From positions 1 through 40,671 of the forward strand of contig JAQGDQ010001444.1 in NCBI GenBank assembly GCA_030141605.1: a stretch of DNA of 40,671 nt, in the 5' to 3' direction. The stretch's first letter is position 1. Every line of letters starts with the position of its first letter. A program made the translations under genes and the position numbers. Under the pieces are notes generated by a model, which did no database searches, was not told the DNA's origin, and saw nothing but the letters and a program-made list of their open reading frames with translations. Below, one piece after another: positions 23,315-35,200 of the stretch. Source of the DNA: Tubiluchus corallicola (lineage: Eukaryota > Animalia > Priapulida).

Positions 23315-26300
23315 CTGCAAAAATACAAAATGGTTGATTATTTTCATACATTTTTATGTCAGTACATGTATTAGAATCTTTTCGAGTCAGATAATTGGCT
23401 ATGCCACTACTTAACAAAAATTACGGCCATATCACGTTGAAAACACCCGTTCTCGTCTGATCACCGAAGTTAAGCAACGTAGAGCCTGGTTAGGGCTTGG
23501 AAAGGTGACCGCCTAGGAATACCAGGTGCTGTAGGCTTGCGGGATGCCCACACTGTATCTCGACACTAGGCGGAGGAGCTGCACAAGCAGCCAACGGCTA
23601 GAGGGCGGAGGAGGTCAAGTGACCCATGTGTAGAGGAGTAAACCTTCCAAATCAGGAGTGGAGCCCCGAAGGCGGACCAGTGCAGCAAGCTCACTGAGTC
23701 CGGCAGCTCCTGCAGCTAACCTGGTGCCAAACGTATCGCTCTGCTTTCCTTTGGACTACACCAGGGAGGAAGAGAGGGGGTTCCTGTTGTCTGGGCAACT
23801 CAGGATCTCCATACACCTTACGCAGGCGTGCGCCCTGGAGAGGCCAGTGGTTCAAGGGTCGGACTGCTCAGCCACAGTCGACGCTGCAGCTCCATCAATG
23901 TGATCAATAACTGACTCTCTTGGCGCACACTCCATTGTCTTCTGAGACAGAAGGATGCCAACATAACAACATTATATTTAATAAAATCAACAAATTAACG
24001 TGCCAAGCTGCACATCTAAGTAAAGATTTCCAAACACAAACCATAAAACTGCAATTACAATATGCATGTTTTCAGACTAACATACGTTAAGGTGTATCAG
24101 GAAGCAAAAACGTACCCAGGTAATAGTTAACGGAGCTATCATGCCTCCAACACGTGATGTACTAGAGCATAAGCCTAGGCCTCCATTTCTGAAATTTGTA
24201 AAAAAAGATTGAGTATTTAGCAACTCCTATAGAAAAAATAACCAACCAGTGAATATAAGGTTTTCTGCATGGCCCTAGTCAATATAGTTACTTCTTGGGA
24301 ATCAGCTGCCTTGAGTCCTGAGAGATGCTGATTTGGTATTTATTAAACGTTAGACTTATGGGTAGGTGAAGAAACTCTTAAGCATTTATCCGCACTAGAT
24401 GCCAACTCATCTAGTATTGATGTAGACCTTTAGGAAATTGATGTTTGGCTTGTTCTGACATTTACCGTAACGCCTGGTTTTTGATTGCTCATGCAAGCGA
24501 TTTTATTCGTCACTGCCTACAATTTCACAGGATGAAATACTGTTCACGATCTGCCTTAGGTTCGCTGCTCACTGTTGTGTTTTGTTTCTCTCGGAAGGCT
24601 CGTAGAGAAAGCTAGAAAACACGCCGTTAAATGTTATTACTTTATTGAGCGAGAATTCTTACAAAACAAAGATGAAGGACGTTGAAACGATTGCTATAAA
24701 CGTGAAAATGTGGAAAACGTTTAAGTATATCTGAAAATGTAAGTATTACGTCCGTGAGATCTGCGTGCTCTGTGTGCGATGTGCTCTGGTGTCGGCTTCG
24801 CTGTACATGGCGCGCTGTAGAAACTTCCCGAACAAATGTTCGAGAACAATCCAGAGGTAAGGCGGTTATTCCGACGGAACATTCTACGATGTTCTATGCA
24901 ATTCTACTTGACGTCAGCGATCTCCACAACACTCACAAGCAGCCAAAGATGAGCTGTAGCTACAATTATTTCCACCTCGAAATGATCCAATTCCGACTTT
25001 CATATTTCGCGCACAGTACAATTGCCCGTGTCATCTCAGTTCTGCACCTAGTTTCTGAAGGTAATGGAATTCCATCAACTCCACGTCTATATCAACAGCT
25101 TAAACGTGAGAACTCAATACTTGTGTTTTTCAATGTTCTGTAATAGCTCTTGTATTCTGTTAATCATCGGTGATTTACCAGTCTCTGTACTCTTAAGCTT
25201 GTTATCTGTGCTCATGGAGCTACTCGCTCTTATATCAAGTGCTCCATTAGAAATTATATACCCGATCTTGCAAGAGGTAGGTCTACTTAAGTACCTCTAT
25301 AACTAAAAAGTTTAGTTATAACTTTAACTTTAGTTATAATGTTCTAACTACAACTTTTGCTATAGAGGTGCTTGGCCTACTGTAGACATCTGTATCTGAA
25401 TCATTGCTTCCGTCTGTTGCTTTCACCCACGTGACACATTCTGAATCGTTCCTTCCACCTGTTGCTTTCACCCACGTAACACATTCTGAATCGTTCCTTC
25501 CGTCTGTTGCTTTCACCCACGTGACACATTCTGAATCGTTCCTTCCGTCTGTGGCTTTCACCCACGTAACACATTCTGAATCGTTCCTTCCGTCTGTTGG
25601 TTTCACCCACGTGACACATTCTGAATCGTTCCTTCTGTCTGTTGGTTTCACCCACGTGACACATTCTCAATCGTTCCTTCCGTCTGTTGCTTTCACCCAC
25701 ATGACACATTGCAAAATCTTGTTGCCAATCTGATTATCTGTGACATGACGTCTACCTCGCAATTCATTGCTCATCAAAAATCTGTTGCTATGCCAATCCT
25801 GTTATTCCTACTTTTGTGGATGGTATCTTCAAAATCTCTCCCCATTGGTGCGTAAATGCCGACAATTTTCTACGAGTTCTCGTGCTGCTTCTGTCTTCCC
25901 TATTCCCAGATTTTTCCTTGGGCATCATGTCTGTTATTGAAAAAGGGGTAAAGTATCTCTACGGAACATGTTTTAATATTAAAATTTGAACAACTTGCGT
26001 GCTTCTATGGTTCAGCCACATATCAACCATTTTTCTACCCTTATTTATTTGGAAAGTGGTGCTGACAAGCCACTTGTGAGGCAGTGTGTTGTTGTTTTTA
26101 CTGTATTAACTGTTGTCTGTCTTATCTGTCTGCAGAGCAGTTTTTTATTTTGAATTCTGCGTGCCCAATGTCTATAATAGGCGTAGTTGGCCAACGATCT
26201 TTGTACACCTGTAAGATGAGTTGATCTACAACTATACATGGTCCTCACATTTTTGCGGAAATTGTTTTCTAATCAGTACATGCAACATACCTAACGACTG

Positions 26301-26812
26301 TAGGCACCAGCTCAACCGTGTACAGGTAAACGGAGGCAAAGGCGGCAGAAGTGGCAGCCTTGCCTATCATCACTAATGTGGTCTCGACCCATCTGATGTC
26401 TGCACCGCTGGCTAATAACAAAACAACATCTGTTGAAAATTTGCGATACTATATGCTAACTGTAAAAAGAAATTTAAGTCATCTAGCAGTGATCACATTA
26501 CTTTATAAAATGCATTTTGCTGGCTGACGTTGGCCATTAAAATGAAAATTGGAACCAAAAGGTGCTAGAGAAGAGATACCAGATAGAGATGAATAAGAAT
26601 AAGAATTGATCATAAGCAGAACAAGTGGCTAACCTGTTTCTCAGTCATCTTTCTTTCCCTCTGCACAGTTGTCAATTAAAACTGAGTAGACCCAGGAAGG
26701 CAGCCAGAAATTATATATATATATATATATGTAGAAATTTCTGGCTGGCTTCCTGGGTCTACTCAATGTTCATCATTGATTGCTATTTATATAAGATTAA
26801 TCGCCATTTAGC

Positions 26813-26847
<35 letters not shown>

Positions 26848-29800
26848 TATATGTATGTATGTGTGTGTGTGCGTGCGTGCGTGCGTGCGTGCGTGCATGC
26901 ATGCATGCATGTATGTATGTATGTATGTATGTATGTATGTATGTATGTATGTATGTATACAGCATGAAAAATCAACATAACTGTAAACCAAATAACCACG
27001 TAAATGGAATTCGAACCCACTATCCCCGGATTGGGAACCGAGTGACATACTACGCTAGATGCGATGGAGGGGAGTTTCGAAAATTTGGGGATGGCCAACC
27101 TGCAGTCACAGGAGAAATTTCTGCACTGCAAAATCTGCTTTACTTTAATCTTCAAAAATCGAATCCCAACTCGACAAATAGATTGCAGTTTTAAATGAAA
27201 GGAGAAACTAAACGGCATCAGTTGGTCTTAAATTAGTTCTTTCAAATGGAACATGTTAAACTACAATGTTTACATTGATTACAAAACTAGCTACTAATAC
27301 ACTACTAGTTGTAATTTAGTGCAGTTTGTGTTAAAATATGCGCTGAGTGTAGTTAGTATACACCTGTATAGTGTAGCATAATTACCAAAAGTTTTTTAAA
27401 TAACCTTGTCATTCACCTGTTTTATCTGGAATTAGAAGATTGGAAAAGAGAGCTAAACCAGCTATGAAATGAAATGCACAGATGGATTTTATTCTACCAA
27501 ACCTGAATAAGAAGGAAACCAGGGTGTCATTATTTAATATTTAATTTAACTGTAAGTTCAACTTTTTATTTCACACTCAAGATGTATAGTATAATACATA
27601 CAATCATACACAAATACAATTACAAACATACACATAAAACGACTAGACCTTCTATAAACTAATTCCTTGCAACACAAATAAATTAAAATCACGATTACGT
27701 ATATTAGACTGATCGCCATTTGGCAGATATACTTGACGTGTACTTACTATCACTGTTACATAGATGATTCGCAATGGTATTACTACTCTTTATTATGCTT
27801 GTATCGCTAAACATACATTTTTTTCTAATAAACGTTGGCTCTTCTACTTGGAAGAGGTTGCAAATCATTTGATTGCAGGATATGTATAACTGATTCAGAT
27901 CTGTGTGTTTGCGGTTTGGGCAGTCAAACCCCAGAACATTTAATTTTTCATTGTCCGTTACCATTTGTTAGACAAGATACAAGAGTGAATCTCGAACGCA
28001 GCTTAGAAAATAATGACCTTCGAAACATTTACAGAAAGAGAGACACTAATGTAATTAAAATGTATATAGATATTGTAAAAGAACTAACCCAAAATGATCT
28101 TATAGTAAATTGATTATACATTGATTATAAATATTGGATATATATTTAGAATAAGTAAATCGTAATGCAAAATTGTCAGCTTGTTTAGTAAGAAATTTAT
28201 TTATTGTACATAGTGTACAGACTTATTTAACATTTTTGTACTTTTGTGCCCTGTAAATAGAGAGCTTATTGTATAATTTTCAATAAAGATTTTTAATAAT
28301 AATAATAATTTCTAATAAAAAGTATTTTAAATGATAGAATACACAAAGTTGTCTTGTGCAAAAGTCGAATGGTGTTCCGAAAAATTTACGCAGTAATATA
28401 TTGTTTGCTGAATTTAGTTTTTTTATATTATAAAGATTGTCGTTCCTTCACTATTTACTGTAGTGCGAATAGTTTCTTATAGACAGAGAGAAAACAGTCA
28501 TTTATCTATTCATTCTACTGCCTAAGAATTGACATTAACTTCCCGTTTGATGATTAATTAAGATTTATAATTAGTACCTGATTGAAAACCCATCAACATT
28601 AAAGTGCAGTAAGAACGTGAATGATTAAGTTTGTTCTAAGACAGAACCATTCCGAGATTAAAATTAATTACAAAAATTAGTCTGATTGGTTAGTAAGTAC
28701 TTTAGCGAATGTAATTTAGCACATGAAAATGTTGGAACGGTTGCTCAGCTTTTATGAATGAATTGATCTGCCATGATGTATTGGTCATGGGTTGGATGAT
28801 CAAAAGGTCCTTGGTTCAAATCTACTGCACTCAAATTCAGTTTTTCATATTTTTTCCCGCCCAAACTTAACAGTTATTGGTTTGTTCCACCACTAGGCAG
28901 TAAGTTTGTAATAGTAATAAATTTATTAAGCCACTAATATATCATTTCAGGTTCTACATTAATTCAAAAATAATTTAATTACTTAGTAATATCTCTAATG
29001 AGAGCAAACTAACATTTATAAATAAATGTATTGGGTTGGTCTCAAGGTGATCATACGCGCATGAGAATCGGATTTTCTCAGCTAAACTATGACCTTTGAC
29101 CTTTTCTCTAAAGGCTGTAAAGATAATAACGGTCATCCAATATTGCCGAATTGTAACTGTGGATTTCGATTTGAGTCTGTTGAACACTTTTTGTTGGACT
29201 GCTCATTGTATCCACAAACTAGGGTTGTTATGTTTGATAAATTAAATGAAATACTTCTGCCCGAAAACCTTAATATAGCTGCCTTAGGAAATAATGATCT
29301 GTTGAAGTTCTTATTATTCGGAAAAGATGAATTTAACTATGTTGCTAACTGTAAAATATTCCAATGTATACATGACTTTATATTACGTACTAAACGTTTC
29401 CAGTAGTTTCTATCTGATATGAAATGCATCAGTATTAAATATTCGTACATTAATATTTTCTAACCATCATTTTCTACTAATGTCTAAGGTAATCTTGTAG
29501 TAAAACTTGTCAGCTTGTGTATTTATAGTCTATTCTTACTGTAAATGTTCTTGTAAATAGTGTATAAAGTCTGTTGTGGTGAGAATCCTAAATCATGCTG
29601 TTCAAACTGTCTGATCCAATCCTAAATAAATTATTTTTGCCACATATTACCTTTCAGTGCACACCTTTGCTGCAAGATATGCAGGTAACTCTACTGCTCC
29701 CACGAGGAAGGCGTTCAAATAGAGGTTGCCAGACAGTTCCCCAACACCAAGCGACACAGCATAGTAAACCATGGAATCCGTCATCCTTTAACGAAAAATG

Positions 29801-32211
29801 TGTGATATATTTTTAAAAATCTGACGCTAGCTCTCGGTTTTGATTCTAGAATTTAAGTTTCTCCTACACAAAGTAAGATTAAATGTTTTTTTTTTAAAAA
29901 AAACAGATCGCTTTAAATTTTCACTTGTTCCCACTTCAGACAAAGCATTCAATGGTAGCTAAACTTTAAACAGTTTCTTTTTGTGTTTTGAAAGTTTTAT
30001 TTACATAGTGCCATTTAGATTTAGATTTACAGTTGCGAATTTGTTGCTCTAACCGTTTTTTTACTACGGCCAAATCACGTTGAAAACACCGGTTCTCGTC
30101 TGATCACCGAAGTTAAGCAGTGTAGAGCCTGGTTATGGCTTGGAAGGGTGACCGCCTAGAAATACCAGGTGCTGTAGGCTTTTTGGATGCCCACACTGTA
30201 TCTCGACACTAGGCGGAGGAGCTGCACAAGCAGCCAACGGCTAGAGGGCGGAGGAGGTCAAGTGACCCATGTGTAGAGGAGTAAACCTTCCAAATCAGGA
30301 GTGGAGCCCCGAAGGCGGACCAGTGCAGCATGCTCACTGACTCCGGCAGCTCCTGCAGCCAACTTGGTGCCAAACGTATCGCCCGCTTTCCTTTGGACTA
30401 CACCAGGGAGGAAGAGAGGGGGTTCCGGCGGTCTGGGAAACTCAGGATCTCCATACACCTTGCCCAGGCGTGCGCCCTGGAGACGTTCAAGGATCGGACT
30501 CTCTTGGCGCACATTCCATTTTTACTAATGGAACCGCTTTTACCAACAACCGCTTTTTACTAATCTGTGCAAAGCTGAAACGACAAATTTCATTTATATC
30601 ATGTGTAGTATATATGACCAATAAAGATCTGTATGTCTATGTCTAGATAAAGAAAGCCGAAGTTTGATTAGATCATCTTTCTTGGCGTGTTTGTCTCTGT
30701 AGTTAAAATACGGTTAATTTCCGTACTCACTTCGAAGTTTCACTAATAGTTACACTTGCTGACTACACATTATTGCTGGGTTCACATTTTGTACCAGTAT
30801 TAGGGAAAAGTAGAAACTTATCCTGTTTTAACATCCATGGGCTTACCAAATAAACAGCATAAGTGTCACACATGGGCTTACCAAATAAACAGCATAAGTG
30901 TCACACATGGGCTTACCAAATAAACAGCATAAGTGTCACACATGGGCTTACCAAATAAACAGCATAAGTGTCACACATGGGCTTACTAAATAAACAGCAT
31001 AAGTGTCACACATGGGCTTACCAAATAAACAGCATAAGTGTAACACATGGGCTTACCAAATAAACAGCATAAGTGTCACACATGGGCTTACCAAATAAAC
31101 AGCATAAGTGTCACACATGGGCTTACCAAATAAACAGCATAAGTGTCACACATGGGCTTACCAAATAAACAGCATAAGTGTCACACATGGGCTTACCAAA
31201 TAAACAGCATAAGTGTCACACATGGGCTTACCAAATAAACAGCATAAGTGTCACACATGGGCTTACCAAATAAACAGCATAAGTGTCACACATGGGCTTA
31301 CCAAATAAACAGCATAAGTGTCACACATGGGCTTACCAAATAAACAGCATAAGTGTCACACATGGGCTTACCAAATAAACACCATAAGTGTCACACATGG
31401 GCTTACCAAATAAACAGCGTAAGTGTCACACATGGGCTTACCAAATAAACAGCATAAGTGTTAAAAACACTCGCAATTTGGGCGTCTTGTATATGTCCAG
31501 TAGAGTAAATTTTTTTCCGTTTTCCTTATAGTAGGAAACTGCTGATTGCTTTTGTATCATAGAAAGACAATGTTCGTCTAAATGTACTTTGTTCATTTTA
31601 CTTGCTTTCTGAAGAACTTCCTCTGCCTTGTCTGTGCGATTCTTGGCTGCCAGCCAATGTACAGATTCGGGCAATATCCTGTGAAACACAAAAATATTCA
31701 GGCATATATATCAAGCGCAAAAATGTTATTAATTTTAACCCTTTCATACCCGTTGTATCCCGTTGGATACGAGAATATTTTCTGCCTTTAAAATTAATAA
31801 AATTTTAAAACTGACAGTTATTTGATCTGTTAATAGTTATTTTGATTTAAGCCAATAACAATAGACCAAAAATGGTGATAAAATGGCAAACTAGAAAATC
31901 TACATTGCATAAAAAACTGTGCAAGGTACAGTACTTTAGAGACGACTTTGTACAGATCAGTATAGCATGCATACTAAATGTCTTAAATACTTTAAAAAAT
32001 TATCAGCAGTTGCAAAATGAAGCATATTTTATGCTTCCATTGAATCCGAATCTATCCCGTGGGATACAGGCTATATTTAGCACGCGGGCACAGGTAGAAA
32101 AAATAATTATTATGTATAAACAAGATGGACATACTTAACAAAAGTACCAAGCCTATTATTCTTATTAAAAAAATAATTTGGGACTGAAAAGGTTAAGAAA
32201 TAAATAGAGAC

Positions 32212-32242
<31 letters not shown>

Positions 32243-35200
32243 GTCCTGGTAAGTCCTGTCCTGGCACTGGATAATTAACCGAATATGCCTGTACAGTATT
32301 ATTTAAATTAAATACACATAGCTAAGTGGACAGTGAAATGGATACAAAACACCAGTTTAACGTGTTGACCAAAAGTTTCTTTATTCTGAAAGACAATTAT
32401 TAACATTTAGTTTAATTTGCATCGAGTAGAAGAAAATTAGTTGCATGATTAAATGTACTGCTATAACTAAGTACTGATATAAAAAATATGTAAACTATAT
32501 TGAAATTAATTAATAACAACTTGCGTTGTTAGAGCCTTTAGCAGTTACAAGACAAGTAGTCTTAAGAACAATAATGTCACAACAATAAATTCGTAAGAAA
32601 TTCACAGTCATAATGCTCATCACAGACAGAAAAATAGAGCAATGGCGGAGAGAACTAAAAGACGGGTAAAATGTCAAACAACTACTATAGCTATAGCTCA
32701 CGAAAGGCCAAAATGCTAATGTATTCAACGATATTAGGTGCTTCAATTTTAAAAGAGTGACTACTGTAAAAGGTAAAAAGCCTACTAAATCAACAAACAG
32801 GTGGCAGCACCGTGGCAGTAATTGAAAACTAAATTAAAACCAAAAAAGGGTCTATGCACCCACTACAGACAGTTCCATCAATTTCCTACGAGCCATTCAT
32901 TTGGGCAATAGATAGCTTACAAACATAACACGTTATTTCGTTTTTACATACCAATAGTATGAAAAGGTGAGTAGAAGTGGAACTGTGATAATAATTTGAA
33001 TTTTTCTCCAATCATCCACTGCCAAGGCGATTAAAGGCGTCGTCATAATGCCTACACTCCATAACATTTGATCGCATGTGCCCACCCAAGCTCTTGAATC
33101 TGGTGGAACAGATTCACACAGTAGACAAAACATGGACAAATAACCTCCCTATAGAAAATTAATTATTTTTACATATCATTTTTGCCATTTGCATTACGAG
33201 GTATTTTATTACTGTTGTGAAAAAAATTTGCTACTTTAAAAGTGAAAAACTAGACTTACTGGCTTTTTACTCAAGAATTTAGAACTAGAGCCTGGTTAGT
33301 ACTTGGATGGGTTCCCGCCTAGGAATACCAGGTGCTGTAGGCTTGCGGGATGCCCACACTGTATCTCGACACTAGGCGAAGGAGCTGCACAAGCAGCCAA
33401 TGGCTAGAGTGCGGAGGAGGTCAAGTGACCCAACGGCCATGTGTAGAGGAGTAAACCTTCCAAATCAGGAGTAGAGACCCGAAGGCGGACCAGTGCAGCA
33501 TGCTCACTGACTCCGGCAGCTCCTGCAGCCAACCTGGTGCCAAACGTATCGCTCCACTTTCCTTTGGACTACACCAGGGAGGAAGAGAGGGGGTTCCTGC
33601 TGTATGGGCAACTCAAGATCTCCATACACCCTGCCCAGGCGTGTGCCCTGGAGAGGCCAGTGGTTCAAGGGTCGGACTGCTCAGCCACAGTCGACGCTGC
33701 AGCTCCATCAATGTGATCAATAACTGACTCTCTTGACGCACACTCCATTGTCTTCCGAGACAGAAGGATGCCAACAACAACAACTCAAGAATTTGCATAA
33801 TATACCACTAACACATATAATAAACACTCATCCATTGAATGGAATTGTTCTACATCTTCTTAATGTTACTTAATACATATTCGTTCTTTATAGTTGCGCC
33901 TAAATTGTCTGACGGCTTTGAATTGCCGTTTTTCGTACAGCTGTCACCTATCTAGTTACTGAGTGCAGCCTGGATTTGAACCAGGGTCATTCTGCTTTAA
34001 ACTGCAGGCGTTGTAGACCAGTAGGCTACCAATAATAACGGGAAGAGCAAAGTTCATCTCTTACAGATGGCCATCCAAATTCAGCATTTCCGTTACTAGA
34101 TCGCTTGCATTGTCGTTGTAAAAGTGCGCCCACCCCCCAACTTTGAGCCAGTGGTCCGGAGGAGGGCTGTAAGTTTCCTCATCGTGGCCCAGAGACTCAT
34201 TTTCCTGCAATTAAGCATTTTGGGGGTCTAAAGGGAATCTAAATTAGGATGGGTTTTTTCAAATGTGAAAAAATTGCTCAAATTTGGTGGTTATAAAATG
34301 TATTTTTAATAAACTGCTTCATATAATAGAATATAATTAATGTTATTTATACCATGGTGCAAGCATATACTATAGACTGTGTACTATATACTATATACAT
34401 TCAGAGCATTATGTGCTTCAAAATCTGAACCAAAGAATGACCGCGCACATACAGCGGCAGAAATAAAATTGAAGCAGTGCAAATACATGTAACTAAACAA
34501 TTTACGTTTTCTAGACATTTCTAGACGCTTTGCTTCGCAGTCTTTACTTGTTCAATTTTCTTCCCTCCTTTATTTCTGTTGTGTTTTGTTTCTCTCGGAA
34601 GGCTCGTAGAGAAAACCAGAAAACACACCGTTAAACATTACTACTTTATTTAGCGAAAATTCTACAACACAAAAAGATGAAGGAACAAGAAATGATTATA
34701 CTAAACGTGAAAATCTGGAAAACTTTTAAGTAAGTATGCGTAAGTAAAAGTCCGTGTTAGATCTGCGTGCTCTATGTGCGATGTGCGATGTGCGATCCGG
34801 TGTCGGCAGCCTTATATAGCGCACTGCAGAAACTTCTCGAACAAATGTTCGAAAACAATCCAGAGGGTAAGCCGGTCATTCCGACGGAACATTCTACGAT
34901 GTTCTATGCAATTCTAATTGATGCCAACGATCTTCACAACAATTTCACAGGACAAATTTTTGACGCCCTTACAAGAAATTCTTACACGGGGGGGGGGGCA
35001 CTCGATGTTTCCCTTCTGTCCACCAGTCATAACGCCAATGACAGCTAGCAAAAGCATGATTCTAACTAGTTAGATTATTTCTGTATGAATCAATGAATCA
35101 AAAAGATAAAATAATGAACTATTGGACTGCATTGATCACAGAGGAATACGGTGGTCTAGTGGCTTAAGGCGTTTGCCTTGTAAGCAGAAGACCCCTGTTC

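Larger units (their letters stand above)
24300..26200 (-). mobile_element. possible heavily decayed LINE (APE endonuclease to RT start)
   Basis: Scattered ordered motifs GIYAP..IGIATDF (about 25860-25770) and GVDGIP (about 25065-25085); many stops and frameshifts. Confidence 0.3.

Noticed and set aside
23421-23538. 5S rRNA gene (also 30064-30180)
   Set aside because: Substitutions in the internal control region, and each copy is fused to the same SINE body
25334-25733. Repetitive 15-aa-unit proteins
   Set aside because: Open in several frames because the unit is 45 bp; intronic with no supporting gene structure
26625-27218. Overlapping ORFs up to 189 aa
   Set aside because: Run through a compound microsatellite and a SINE-like head
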